From assembly GCF_001457615.1 (NCBI RefSeq), contig NZ_LN831024.1:4200001-4232000 (forward strand): a stretch of DNA of 32,000 nt, given 5' to 3'. Of this stretch, positions 18,915 to 26,832 are shown piece after piece. Both the position numbers and the translations under genes were made by a program. The notes under the pieces are model-generated. The model did no database searches and had not been told where the DNA came from. It was given only the letters and a program-made list of their open reading frames with translations. This DNA is from Pseudomonas aeruginosa (GTDB lineage: Bacteria > Pseudomonadota > Gammaproteobacteria > Pseudomonadales > Pseudomonadaceae). How positions within the stretch are numbered: the first letter of the stretch is position 1; each line of letters begins with the position of its first letter.

Positions 18915-19931
18915 CTAGGACGTCTCGGCAAGTGTCGAAGAACTGTCGAAATCCGCCAGCGGGTTGAGTCGAATAGCGTCCCGCAGGTATTCCGGCGACA
19001 AATGCGCATAGCGCATGGTCATGTTCAGCGACGAATGCCCAAGAATCTCTTTCAGCGCCAGGATGTTTCCACCGTTCATCATGAAGTGGGAAGCGAACGT
19101 ATGGCGTAGCACATGGGTGCACTGCCCTCTTGGCAGTACGATACCGCAACGCTTCACCATCCGTGCAAACGCCTCCCGACAAGAGGGAAAGCGATTCCGA
19201 CCGGCGAAATATTTCTCAAGTCGAGCCTGCAAGTCTGTCGAGATTGGTACGGATCGAACACGCTTTGATTTGGTATTGGAGAAGACCACCGATCCATCCC
19301 GGACCATGGGCAGAGTCAACCCTTGCGCTTCCGACCAGCGAGCCCCCGTCGCCAAGCAGACCTCTGAAATCAATGCCAAGTGGGGAAAGGTCGAATAGTC
19401 CCGGAGCGCTGACACCAACACCGCTACCTGATCCTTAGACAGGAACGATACAACCGACTGTTGAGGCTTCAACGGCTTGAGACGATCCAAAGGATTCGGA
19501 TAGTCGATATCGCCGAGCCTACGAAGCTCGGTGAATACTGTTTTCAGATACGAATAGCGAACGTTGATAGACCTAGGTAAAGCGCCCTCCTCCAACTCAC
19601 GCTTCCTGAACGCGACCAGATCAGCAGTGGTGAACCTCTGCCCCACCGGGTCGCCCAGGCGAGACGCGATCAGCAATAGCAGATTCTTACGACGCCTCCC
19701 GCTGGTAATCGAGTGCCCATGCAATTCATACCAACGCTCTATAAGTTCCGACAGCAGTCGCTTATCTTGCTGAACGGGGTTCCACTCCCGCTGTCGCGCA
19801 TGCTTTGTCCGCACCATCGCCTCAAACCGCTGGGCTTCGCCCTTGGTCTTGAAACGCTTCCTAAAACGCTTGCCTTTGATCGGTTCAACGTCGGCCAGCC
19901 AGCGGCCATCCTCAAGCTTGGTGATCGCCAT
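18915..19931 (-). CDS. tyrosine-type phage integrase
   Basis: 338 aa. ATGARWSE (Arg), HVLRHTFASHF (H-x-x-R), LGHSSLNMTMRYAHL (His/Tyr). Its start overlaps the rep stop (TGATG). Confidence 0.9.
   Translation of the reverse strand: MAITKLEDGRWLADVEPIKGKRFRKRFKTKGEAQRFEAMVRTKHARQREWNPVQQDKRLLSELIERWYELHGHSITSGRRRKNLLLLIASRLGDPVGQRFTTADLVAFRKRELEEGALPRSINVRYSYLKTVFTELRRLGDIDYPNPLDRLKPLKPQQSVVSFLSKDQVAVLVSALRDYSTFPHLALISEVCLATGARWSEAQGLTLPMVRDGSVVFSNTKSKRVRSVPISTDLQARLEKYFAGRNRFPSCREAFARMVKRCGIVLPRGQCTHVLRHTFASHFMMNGGNILALKEILGHSSLNMTMRYAHLSPEYLRDAIRLNPLADFDSSSTLAETS
18925..18953. repeat. left copy of 29-nt imperfect direct repeat containing tandem (G/C)TGTCGAA motifs (arm-type Int site or att candidate)
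   Basis: tcggcaagtgtcgaagaactgtcgaaatc vs 29584-29612 ttggcacgtgtcgaaaaagtgtcgaaatc, 25/29 identical. Internal TGTCGAA repeat at 11-nt spacing. Lies inside the int 3' end. Confidence 0.6.
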
Positions 19932-21223
19932 CAGATCGCGTATCCCCGCCGTAGATACCGATCACACATGAGCTTGTGGATATGCCTTTCCAGATCGCGA
20001 CGAGTCCAACCCTTGGCGAGATAGTGGTCTTCGATAACGTGCCAGAACTCCAGTTTGCGGGCGGACTCAATAGCCTTTTTTGCAGGGATGCGCTCCCGCG
20101 CAATCAGGCTGATGAACTGGCCGAGGAACATCTCGCAGTTACGCCCACTGAAGCCCTTGGCGGTCTTGTAATAGCGCCGGTACTCGGTGCGCTCGATCAG
20201 CGGATCGCACTCGACCTGGACGCGGGCGTCCTGGCTGATCAGGCTCCAGAACGGATCGTAGACCGCCGTCCGGCTCAGCAGCTTGAAGCTTTCACAGGCG
20301 TAGTTCCACAGTCCTTGCAGGTGCGGGCAAAGCCCCTCATAGGTGCGGCAGCCAATGACCTCCCCCGAGGCCATACGCGAGCCTTCGGAGAACTGCTGGA
20401 CGATGGAGTGATGGAAGCGGAATTCGAGCCGCCACACCGTTTCCAGGGGGTTATAGGCCGGGTCGCCATCGCCGAACGGATCCCCGTTCAGGGTGGCCCA
20501 CACGCTTTCCCAATAGTCGAGCTTGTCGGTGGCCCGAGCCTGGAGGGTCTTGTTATAGATCGACAGTTGCAGGCCGTTGGCCGAGCCGAACATGTACGTC
20601 TCGCCACGCCCGTAGACCGAGGCGTTGCCGTCGAATTCGATCCGCTCGATCCCGCTGATTTGCCGCACCCGACGCGAGCGGCAATGCATGCGATCCACCA
20701 GATCGCGAGGCGGTTTCCAGCCTTGTACGTCCAGGGCGATATGCACAGCGGCTTGGTTGGTCTCGCAGTGGCTCAGCACGGCAGCGGCCAAGTCATCCAG
20801 CACGCCCTGGAGGATATGCGGGTCGGCACCGTCGAGGGCATGGGGCGACACCTCGATCTTGAGGTGCGAGCCAAGGGTATCGACCTTGATGTTGTGATTC
20901 TTGATCAGCAGGATCAGCCCCAATTCTGCGTTCTGCAGACGGTACTGATAGCCGGAGTCGCGACCGATACGGCCCTTGGACCATTCGTAGCCGGCGAACT
21001 CGACCACATCCACCGAGAGGTCAAACAGCGCCATGACTTCCGGGCGCAACTTGCCGTTGTACAACTGCCGCACCGTATCCACGCCGCAACGCAGAATGCG
21101 CACGCCTGACAGATCAGTGAACGCCCCCGTCATGGAATCAACGAAGAGCCGTCCCTTGGGGGAATCCAGCAGTTGTCCGTCGGGTTGCAGCAGGAGGCGG
21201 TTTTGATGGGTCACTTTCTTCAT
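19931..21223 (-). CDS. filamentous-phage replication initiation protein (gII-like, Pf4 PA0727-like)
   Basis: ~430 aa from the ATG at 21223 (AGGTGA SD). The position between zot and int is as in Pf4/Pf5. No motif verified beyond synteny and size. Confidence 0.7.
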   Translation of the reverse strand: MKKVTHQNRLLLQPDGQLLDSPKGRLFVDSMTGAFTDLSGVRILRCGVDTVRQLYNGKLRPEVMALFDLSVDVVEFAGYEWSKGRIGRDSGYQYRLQNAELGLILLIKNHNIKVDTLGSHLKIEVSPHALDGADPHILQGVLDDLAAAVLSHCETNQAAVHIALDVQGWKPPRDLVDRMHCRSRRVRQISGIERIEFDGNASVYGRGETYMFGSANGLQLSIYNKTLQARATDKLDYWESVWATLNGDPFGDGDPAYNPLETVWRLEFRFHHSIVQQFSEGSRMASGEVIGCRTYEGLCPHLQGLWNYACESFKLLSRTAVYDPFWSLISQDARVQVECDPLIERTEYRRYYKTAKGFSGRNCEMFLGQFISLIARERIPAKKAIESARKLEFWHVIEDHYLAKGWTRRDLERHIHKLMCDRYLRRGYAI

Positions 21224-21236
21224 GGTTTCACCTAAC

Positions 21237-21254
21237 AATGTCCATTAATGTCCA
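21237..21254 (-). promoter_or_regulatory. tandem TGGACAT(T) repeats just upstream of rep start
   Basis: Plus strand aatgtcca x2 at 21237-21244 and 21247-21254 (10-nt period). The minus strand reads TTGGACATTAATGGACATT, related to the TTGGACTATG operator motif of the repressor/xis switch region. Confidence 0.45.
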
Positions 21255-21353
21255 AATCGCGGGGTGCTTATCTGACGTGTTACAGGGGCGTCGGCCGCGC
21301 CTTCGGCCTATCGCTCATGCCTTGCGCTCCCGGCCGGCGGCGCGGCCCGCCCC

Positions 21354-21455
21354 TCATGGCGGCACCCCTACCGCCGCTAGCGCCGTCATCACCGACCACC
21401 AGTGATGCAGCGCCCAGCCCATCGCCACCGGAACGAGGAATTCCCAATCGATCAT
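21354..21455 (-). CDS. small hydrophobic protein (33 aa) translationally coupled to zot
   Basis: The ATG overlaps the zot stop (AAATGATC). [45 protein letters not shown]. Below the ORF-track size cutoff as an independent start. Confidence 0.4.
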   Translation of the reverse strand: MIDWEFLVPVAMGWALHHWWSVMTALAAVGVPP

Positions 21456-22726
21456 TTGTGCCTCCAGGGCCGCGAGGCATATTCGGAATCGGGGACGATG
21501 GTCAGCGGCGATTGGCCCCTGGCCGGTGCGTCTGCGGACGCGGCGACAGGCGCTGCCGGAACGACGCTGGCCACCGCGCCGGGCTGCCTCCCGGTACAGG
21601 TGACGGTCTGTTTCCACTCCTCATAGCGAAGCTCTACGACGCACTCGCCCTTGGGCGTTACCCGGTAGCCGGAGCCGATCAGTTGCCAACTGGTGAGTTC
21701 CAGGCGCCGGCCCGTGGGATCGTCCAGGGCGAACATGTAAATGTCGCCCCGCGACTTGCGGTAGGCGTGGGCAAGGATGGAGATCCGCCGATCGGCGAAG
21801 GGATGGGCGTTCAGATCAACAGGCGCAGCAGCAGGCCCATCAGGTACAAGCCCAGGAGGAAGAAAGCTATTCGCAGCAGGACGCGTTGGAGCAGCCACAG
21901 CAGCGGGCGCAGCAGGGGCTTGAGCAGGGTCGCCAGGAGCGTCGGCAGGTGTCGCAGCAGCCGGAGCGCCAATCGTGCGCAGAGGCCCCATATACCAGAC
22001 AAAGCCAATAGTGCCGGCCAGCAATGCCAGTAGAAGAACCAGCTTAGGCGACCGGAAGAGGCTCTTGCCCGCCTTGGTGTCTTGGGTCTTGCCGGTGGCC
22101 GTGGACTGGTAGAGGGCGAAGGTCTGCTTTCGGATTCGCTTGTATTCGATGATGGTGCCATCGGCGGGCGGACGGTTGAGTTGGGCGTCATGCTGGGCCT
22201 CCTTGTAGCGGCCAGGGATGCCGATCACCGCGAGGTTGGAATGCTTGTAGGCCATCTCGCAGGTCATGCGGATGTCGTCGCGGATGTAGGAGATGTTCGG
22301 CGTGGTGAGGACGATGTCCCAGTTGAAATGCCGGTGCCGGGTCCAGGCGTCGAGCCAGCCCATGGGACGGTCGGCGGCGTGGGCCGCTTCCGGTCCACCG
22401 GGGTAGTCGAAACGCTCGAGGTCTTTTTCCCGCCAGGACTTGGGAAACAGCAGTTGGGTTTCGTCGAAGATCAGGAAGGCCCCGCGGGGCGCCCACTGAA
22501 ACCACGTGCGCATCTTTTCGAGGTCTTCCAGCGACTCCAGATCGAGGTTGATGATCTCCGCCGTGTTGGGCAGGTCCGGAAAGACCTGATAGGCCCGCTC
22601 CAGGGTGAAGCCGCGCACGTTGGTGATGATCACCCGTCCGTCTTTCAGCGCGGGCACGGCGTCATCCTGGATCGCGCCGGAGGTCTTGTAGGAGCCATTG
22701 GGGCCGTGATGGATCTTGATCGACAC
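21452..22726 (-). CDS. Zot-like assembly ATPase (gI homolog)
   Basis: 424 aa, GTG start with GGAGG SD. Walker [11 protein letters not shown]. Central TM segment followed by a Pro/Ala-rich region. Zonular occludens toxin family architecture. Confidence 0.9.
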   Translation of the reverse strand: MSIKIHHGPNGSYKTSGAIQDDAVPALKDGRVIITNVRGFTLERAYQVFPDLPNTAEIINLDLESLEDLEKMRTWFQWAPRGAFLIFDETQLLFPKSWREKDLERFDYPGGPEAAHAADRPMGWLDAWTRHRHFNWDIVLTTPNISYIRDDIRMTCEMAYKHSNLAVIGIPGRYKEAQHDAQLNRPPADGTIIEYKRIRKQTFALYQSTATGKTQDTKAGKSLFRSPKLVLLLALLAGTIGFVWYMGPLRTIGAPAAATPADAPGDPAQAPAAPAAVAAPTRPAANSFLPPGLVPDGPAAAPVDLNAHPFADRRISILAHAYRKSRGDIYMFALDDPTGRRLELTSWQLIGSGYRVTPKGECVVELRYEEWKQTVTCTGRQPGAVASVVPAAPVAASADAPARGQSPLTIVPDSEYASRPWRHK

Positions 22727-22729
22727 GGA

Positions 22730-23086
22730 TCACCTCCCAATGAACGGCACGAAGCGCATGCAGAAGCGCGTCGCCGCCGCGACCATGATGATGTTCAACG
22801 CCTGCGGCACGCCGAAGAAGGCCAGCCCCGCCGCAATCGGCCCCGGCAGCGCGGCATACATGCTGCGGATCATCTGCGGCACGCCGAGGCTGTCGATCAG
22901 TTCGCGGGCGGCGGTGTAGCTGACATCGATCAGCAGGATCAGGGTCTGGAGCGCGGCGTACATCGACGCCTTGGTGGCGACCACCAGTCCGTCGCGCACG
23001 AAGTCATAGATGCCTTGGGCGAAGAAATCCCAGATCCACTGGAAGAAGGCGATGATCTGATCGAGAAAACCGGAGAGCCATTCCAT
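22730..23086 (-). CDS. minor coat/assembly membrane protein (g6-like, Pf4 PA0725-like)
   Basis: 118 aa, multi-TM, between coaA and zot as in Pf phages. Confidence 0.65.
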   Translation of the reverse strand: MEWLSGFLDQIIAFFQWIWDFFAQGIYDFVRDGLVVATKASMYAALQTLILLIDVSYTAARELIDSLGVPQMIRSMYAALPGPIAAGLAFFGVPQALNIIMVAAATRFCMRFVPFIGR

Positions 23087-23090
23087 AGGG

Positions 23091-24377
23091 TCAGTCCTTC
23101 AGCAGAATGAGGGCGGCGATCAGCGCGGCCATCAGCAGCAGCGCCACGCGCAGGCTGGAGAGTTGGCCGGCGTAGTCGGAGATACAGAGGGAGTAGGACT
23201 TGCCCCAAATGGTCATGGACTCGCAGGGCAGCTGCCCGCCGCCTTCCGCCAGGTTGAGGTCGAAGGCGCCCTTCATCTGATCGACGTTGGCCTTCACCTT
23301 GGTCTTGAGTTCTTGCTTGGCTTCCTCGACCTTCTTTTCCCAGGTGGCGATGGCGTCATCCCAGGTGCCGGGCGTGGGCTCCTTGAGTTCGCCGCCGGGG
23401 CCTTCGGGGCCGGTGGAGCAGTTCTCTTTCGCCGGGTCGCATGTACCGTTGCCATCGCCGCCCGTGCCGCTGCCGTCACCGTCGCCGCTACCCTCGCCCC
23501 CGCCGTTGCCGTCCCCTCCCCCGCTGCCGTCGCCGCCATTGCCGGTGCCACCGTCATTGCCGCCGCCGTTGTTGTTTCCACCGCCATTGCCATCGCCGCC
23601 ACCGTCGCCATCACCCCCCGGCGTGGTCGGGTCGGTTGGATCCGTGGGATCGGTCGGGGTCTTGACGCAGGTAGTCCCCGACCACGACCAGCCGGGCGGG
23701 CAGCCGGGGTCGTTCGGGTCGGAAGGATCGGTGTTCGGGGTGTCGGGTGGGTTCAGCGAATCGCCGGTCTGCGCGAAGGTGTAGGAATCGGCACCGCAAT
23801 TCTGTCCGGTGCCCTTGAGGATGTAATTGCAGAAGCCGGTCGTGGTGGAGCCTTTGACCAGATAGCAACTGGCCGGGCTGGGGTTGCCGCCGTACTCGCA
23901 GCTTTGATAACAGGCGCTCGGTGCGCCGCCGTCGCCGACATAGTTCCGCCCGCCCGAGGTGACAACAGGCGAGTCCGGGCCCTTGGCCGGGAACAGTTCG
24001 CCTTCCTTGCATTCTTCGGGCGGCGGTTTGCAGGCGCCATCGGCCGGATCGAGTTCTTGCTCTGAAGGACAGCTATCGCCAGTCAAAACAGCATCAGTCG
24101 AATAACTGTTAACACCTATATGGACAATGCATTGCACCCACCTGTCGTTAACCCTATTCATGGTCTTTCTGTACTCAGGAGACCAAGTATCAAAGTAGGA
24201 CTGACAAGCTGCTGCATAGGATGGAAAGAAGGCCGTAGGCCGCCCACCTATATCAATTTTCCATCGATAGATTTCAGCGCTCGCCAAGGGATGCCACAGC
24301 AGAGAGACCAGCAGACCCAGCAGCGAAAGAAGTCGGCCAAGGCCGGAACGTGCGTTGTTACTCATCCAGTCACCCAT
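23091..24377 (-). CDS. coaA: minor coat adsorption protein CoaA (g3-like)
   Basis: 428 aa. Signal peptide, Cys-rich N-terminal domains, PTDPTDPTDP plus long Gly/Asp/Asn linker, C-terminal membrane anchor LLLMAALIAALILL. Confidence 0.85.
   Translation of the reverse strand: MGDWMSNNARSGLGRLLSLLGLLVSLLWHPLASAEIYRWKIDIGGRPTAFFPSYAAACQSYFDTWSPEYRKTMNRVNDRWVQCIVHIGVNSYSTDAVLTGDSCPSEQELDPADGACKPPPEECKEGELFPAKGPDSPVVTSGGRNYVGDGGAPSACYQSCEYGGNPSPASCYLVKGSTTTGFCNYILKGTGQNCGADSYTFAQTGDSLNPPDTPNTDPSDPNDPGCPPGWSWSGTTCVKTPTDPTDPTDPTTPGGDGDGGGDGNGGGNNNGGGNDGGTGNGGDGSGGGDGNGGGEGSGDGDGSGTGGDGNGTCDPAKENCSTGPEGPGGELKEPTPGTWDDAIATWEKKVEEAKQELKTKVKANVDQMKGAFDLNLAEGGGQLPCESMTIWGKSYSLCISDYAGQLSSLRVALLLMAALIAALILLKD
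23445..23657 (-). repeat. low-complexity PTD / GGDGNGGG-encoding linker repeats within coaA
   Basis: aa 241-311 of CoaA: PTDPTDPTDPTTPGGDGDGGGDGNGGGNNNGGGNDGGTGNGGDGSGGGDGNGGGEGSGDGDGSGTGGDGNG. Confidence 0.8.
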
Positions 24378-24411
24378 GAAAAAGCCCCCTGCCGGAAACT
24401 CCGGAGGGGGC
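24378..24411 (-). terminator. rho-independent terminator between coaB and coaA
   Basis: Minus strand GCCCCCT-CCGG-aguuu-CCGG-c-AGGGGGC followed by UUUUU. The T-tract ends at the coaA ATG (24377). Confidence 0.65.
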
Positions 24412-24512
24412 TTCCGCCTCGGTCTGTTCGGTTAGAAGAATTCGCCGGTCCGGTACCCGGTGATGAAGGCGCCGGCGAAGAACGCCCCCAACCACACCGA
24501 CCAGAGCACCCG

Positions 24513-24761
24513 TTACGCCTTGCGCAACATGCTGTAGATCAGGCCGGCGACGGCCAGGATCACCAGGGCGCCGACGATGTAGCCGCCAATGGCCTTCATA
24601 TCGCCCTGCCCATCGGTGATCGCCGATTCCACCGCGCTGGTGTCGATCACTGCGGCGAAGGCCGGCAGCGAAGTCGCGGCAGTGACGGAACCGGCGATGC
24701 ACAGGTTGCGGAACGAGGCGACCGGGCTGAACTTGGCGATGCGTTGCTTCATTGCTTTCAT
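24513..24761 (-). CDS. coaB: major coat protein CoaB (g8-like)
   Basis: 82-aa precursor. The mature part VIDTSAVESAITDGQGDMKAIGGYIVGALVILAVAGLIYSMLRKA matches the Pf1 major coat protein sequence as I remember it. Confidence 0.95.
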   Translation of the reverse strand: MKAMKQRIAKFSPVASFRNLCIAGSVTAATSLPAFAAVIDTSAVESAITDGQGDMKAIGGYIVGALVILAVAGLIYSMLRKA

Positions 24762-24773
24762 GGTGTTTCCTCT

Positions 24774-25025
24774 CTACTTGGCTTTACGAAGAAGTGACGC
24801 GACCCAGCCAATCAAAAGCCCCGTCACGAACGATCCCAGGACGCCAGCGGCACCGATGCCGAAGGCTTCCGGGGAGAAACCACCGTTGACCAGGATGTCC
24901 ACGTATCCAGCGGCCTCGGGCGGCATCAGGTAGGCCTGCTGCCATGCGAGTTCGCGACACGCCATAAAGCCCTCGGGGGTCGAGGTCCACGCGGTACACA
25001 CCTGCACAGCGACAACGCCTGACAT
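24774..25025 (-). CDS. small Pf membrane protein (PA0722-like position)
   Basis: 83 aa, C-terminal TM GVLGSFVTGLLIGWVASLL, directly upstream of coaB. Confidence 0.6.
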   Translation of the reverse strand: MSGVVAVQVCTAWTSTPEGFMACRELAWQQAYLMPPEAAGYVDILVNGGFSPEAFGIGAAGVLGSFVTGLLIGWVASLLRKAK

Positions 25026-25037
25026 AGCGATCAGTCC

Positions 25038-25130
25038 TCAAACAGGCAGGGAGGCCGCTAGGCCGTCGATCCAGCCCCAGGCGTAGCCGGTGGCCAGACC
25101 TACCGCGAACAGCGAGAGATAGCGGAGCAT
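25038..25130 (-). CDS. pfsE: PfsE-like superinfection-exclusion peptide (30 aa)
   Basis: Not in the ORF track (<60 aa). AGGAGG SD, ATG at 25130. [30 protein letters not shown]. Lies between the ssDNA-binding gene and the PA0722-like ORF, as PA0721 does in Pf4. Confidence 0.75.
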   Translation of the reverse strand: MLRYLSLFAVGLATGYAWGWIDGLAASLPV

Positions 25131-25146
25131 CGCGGCCTCCTAGGGC

Positions 25147-25581
25147 TTACGCCTTGGCGTCCGGGGACTTGTCTTGTTTGTCCTGGCCCTGCGGCTGCTG
25201 GGCCGGGCGCGGGGCTTGGGACTGTGCTTGCGGGCGGGCCGGGGCTTGGGCGGTCGGCGCCATCGGCTTGCCGCCCACGGCCAGCAGATCCACAAGGACC
25301 TGGGTATTGGTGATCCGACCGAAACGGTCTTGGGTCGGGCGGACCACGCTGGCGAACTTGCAGAGCACCGGCTGGCCTTCGAAGACGATGGCGTCCAGCA
25401 GGGTCGGCTCGATGTTGTATTCACTGATCTCGAAGCCCTTGGCGTTGCCACGGGCACCTTCCGGGATCGGGGCGATGGACTGGACCGAGGCGTAGATTTC
25501 CCCGGTCTTGGTCGAGGTATAGGTGTCGGTCTTGGTGACCCACAGTTCGACGACGCCGCCTTGGGTTGCAAACATGTTCAT
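25147..25581 (-). CDS. ssDNA-binding protein (g5-like)
   Basis: 144 aa from the ATG at 25581 (GAAGGAGAAACACCG SD). MNMFATQGGVVELWVTKTDTYTSTKTGEIYA resembles the Pf1 gene 5 protein. Pro/Gln/Ala-rich tail. Confidence 0.85.
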   Translation of the reverse strand: MNMFATQGGVVELWVTKTDTYTSTKTGEIYASVQSIAPIPEGARGNAKGFEISEYNIEPTLLDAIVFEGQPVLCKFASVVRPTQDRFGRITNTQVLVDLLAVGGKPMAPTAQAPARPQAQSQAPRPAQQPQGQDKQDKSPDAKA

Positions 25582-25715
25582 CGGTGTTTCTCCTTCATTT
25601 CGCCTTTTTCGGCGTGAGTTGTCCCGCTGCTGCAAATTCGGCTGTTTCGCCTTCATTCAGCGGTGTTGGGTGAAAGTGATTTGTGGGGCGACCCCTTCGG
25701 GCCGGGCTCTATTCG

Positions 25716-26093
25716 CTAGCGAACCAAGCCAACCACGGGTGTTCGTCTCAGCCCATTCGGGTAACGATCCCTATCGCAACGTCGTCTCCGACGGCCAAGG
25801 GGAACGCTTCCCCTTGGAACCCGCAGAGCAACACCAAGGGCTCTGCCCTTGTCATCCCGCTCTTGCCGCCGAGGGCTCGGGAGCGCGGGGCGGAGGAGCT
25901 GCCCCACACTCCCCAGCGGAGGCTGTTTCAGGGGGGAGGCGTTCAAGGGTGCGCTGCGCCCGTGCTTCCGTTCGCCGGAACGGTAAAGCTGTTCCGACGA
26001 GCCGGGAGCGCGGCCCTTGACCGGATCGGCCACGGTGCGGGCGGCCTGGATCAGGCAGAACAGGAGCAGCGCTTTCAGGGTGTCAGCGAGCAT
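25716..26093 (-). CDS. hypothetical Pf protein (PA0719-like position); 3' two-thirds doubtful
   Basis: GGAGG SD and an ATG 4 nt after the upstream stop. Hydrophobic N-terminus [18 protein letters not shown]. The rest is Arg/Pro/Gly-rich and overlaps a dense hairpin cluster. Confidence 0.35.
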   Translation of the reverse strand: MLADTLKALLLFCLIQAARTVADPVKGRAPGSSEQLYRSGERKHGRSAPLNASPLKQPPLGSVGQLLRPALPSPRRQERDDKGRALGVALRVPRGSVPLGRRRRRCDRDRYPNGLRRTPVVGLVR

Positions 26094-26607
26094 GGGTCAG
26101 CCCTCCAGTTGGAATGCTTCGCGCACGGGCACAAAGGGCGTGGGTTTCCCGCTGTCGTACACAACGTGCCAGTACTTCGGCGGACGCCGGGACGGGTCGT
26201 GTTTCGCGCAGAAGGAACGGGGACGGCAGAGCCAGCGGCCATCTTCCCGATAGGGCAGCCCAGGGGGCCGGCAGTCCGGACACGGCGACGGGCTGTGCAA
26301 TGGGATGACCTGCCTTGCGGACCAGCACACAGAGCAGGCGCAGTCCGGGGCGTGGGTTTGGCGCAAGTAATTCGGAGACGACATGGTCAGCTTCCTCCTT
26401 ATCTTGGCGAGCACGACCCCAGGCGAGAGCCTCAACCCGCAGGTCGGTCAGATAGGATTCTTCCGGCTGGGAGAGGTAGCCGGCGTCCATGAGGCCATCG
26501 ATCAGCATCAGGGCGCGGTCGAAGGGTTCGCTAGGGTGCTGTGCCGTTTGCAGCAGATAGCCTTCCAAGAAGGTCAGCAGCGCATGGATAGGGTTGCCTG
26601 ACAGCAT
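26083..26607 (-). CDS. hypothetical Pf protein coupled to xis (TGATG overlap); C-terminal extent uncertain
   Basis: The first ~80 aa have protein-like composition ([56 protein letters not shown]). The remainder looks like off-frame sequence and overlaps ORF 26097..26384. Confidence 0.4.
   Translation of the reverse strand: MLSGNPIHALLTFLEGYLLQTAQHPSEPFDRALMLIDGLMDAGYLSQPEESYLTDLRVEALAWGRARQDKEEADHVVSELLAPNPRPGLRLLCVLVRKAGHPIAQPVAVSGLPAPWAALSGRWPLALPSPFLLRETRPVPASAEVLARCVRQRETHALCARARSIPTGGLTHAR
26097..26384 (-). CDS. Cys-rich hypothetical Pf protein (95 aa)
   Basis: AAGGAGGAAGCTGACC SD before the ATG at 26384. [21 protein letters not shown]...CPDC...WLCRPRSFC. Diverse composition (K, Y, W, H, D) unlike the overlapping frame. 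Confidence 0.55.
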   Translation of the reverse strand: MSSPNYLRQTHAPDCACSVCWSARQVIPLHSPSPCPDCRPPGLPYREDGRWLCRPRSFCAKHDPSRRPPKYWHVVYDSGKPTPFVPVREAFQLEG

Positions 26608-26822
26608 CAGAACTCCTCCTTTTCCATCAGCTGATGGGTGAAGAGCGCAACATTGACCATCACGTGCTTGCCGATCTTGTGCGCGGGGAGATAGCCCTTA
26701 CGAATCCATCCACGGACGGTTTCGTGGTCTTCCCCCATGCCAATCCAGTTCGCGAAGTCCCGCCACGGCAACACCGGGGGCGCCGCGCGAAGGTCTTGAG
26801 CCTTGATTTCTTCCACTTCCAT
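26607..26822 (-). CDS. excisionase-family (AlpA/MerR-type HTH) regulator, XisF-like
   Basis: 71 aa. FANWIGMGEDHETVRGWIRKGYLPAHKIGKHVMVNV fits the excisionase HTH_17 pattern. First gene of the phage operon, divergent from the repressor. Confidence 0.65.
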   Translation of the reverse strand: MEVEEIKAQDLRAAPPVLPWRDFANWIGMGEDHETVRGWIRKGYLPAHKIGKHVMVNVALFTHQLMEKEEF

Positions 26823-26832
26823 GGCCTTTGCT

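Noticed and set aside
23445-23657. Gly/Asp/Asn-rich repetitive stretch in coaA as a novel repeat element
   Set aside because: This is the expected flexible linker of g3-type adsorption proteins. It is interesting only as a likely length-variable region.
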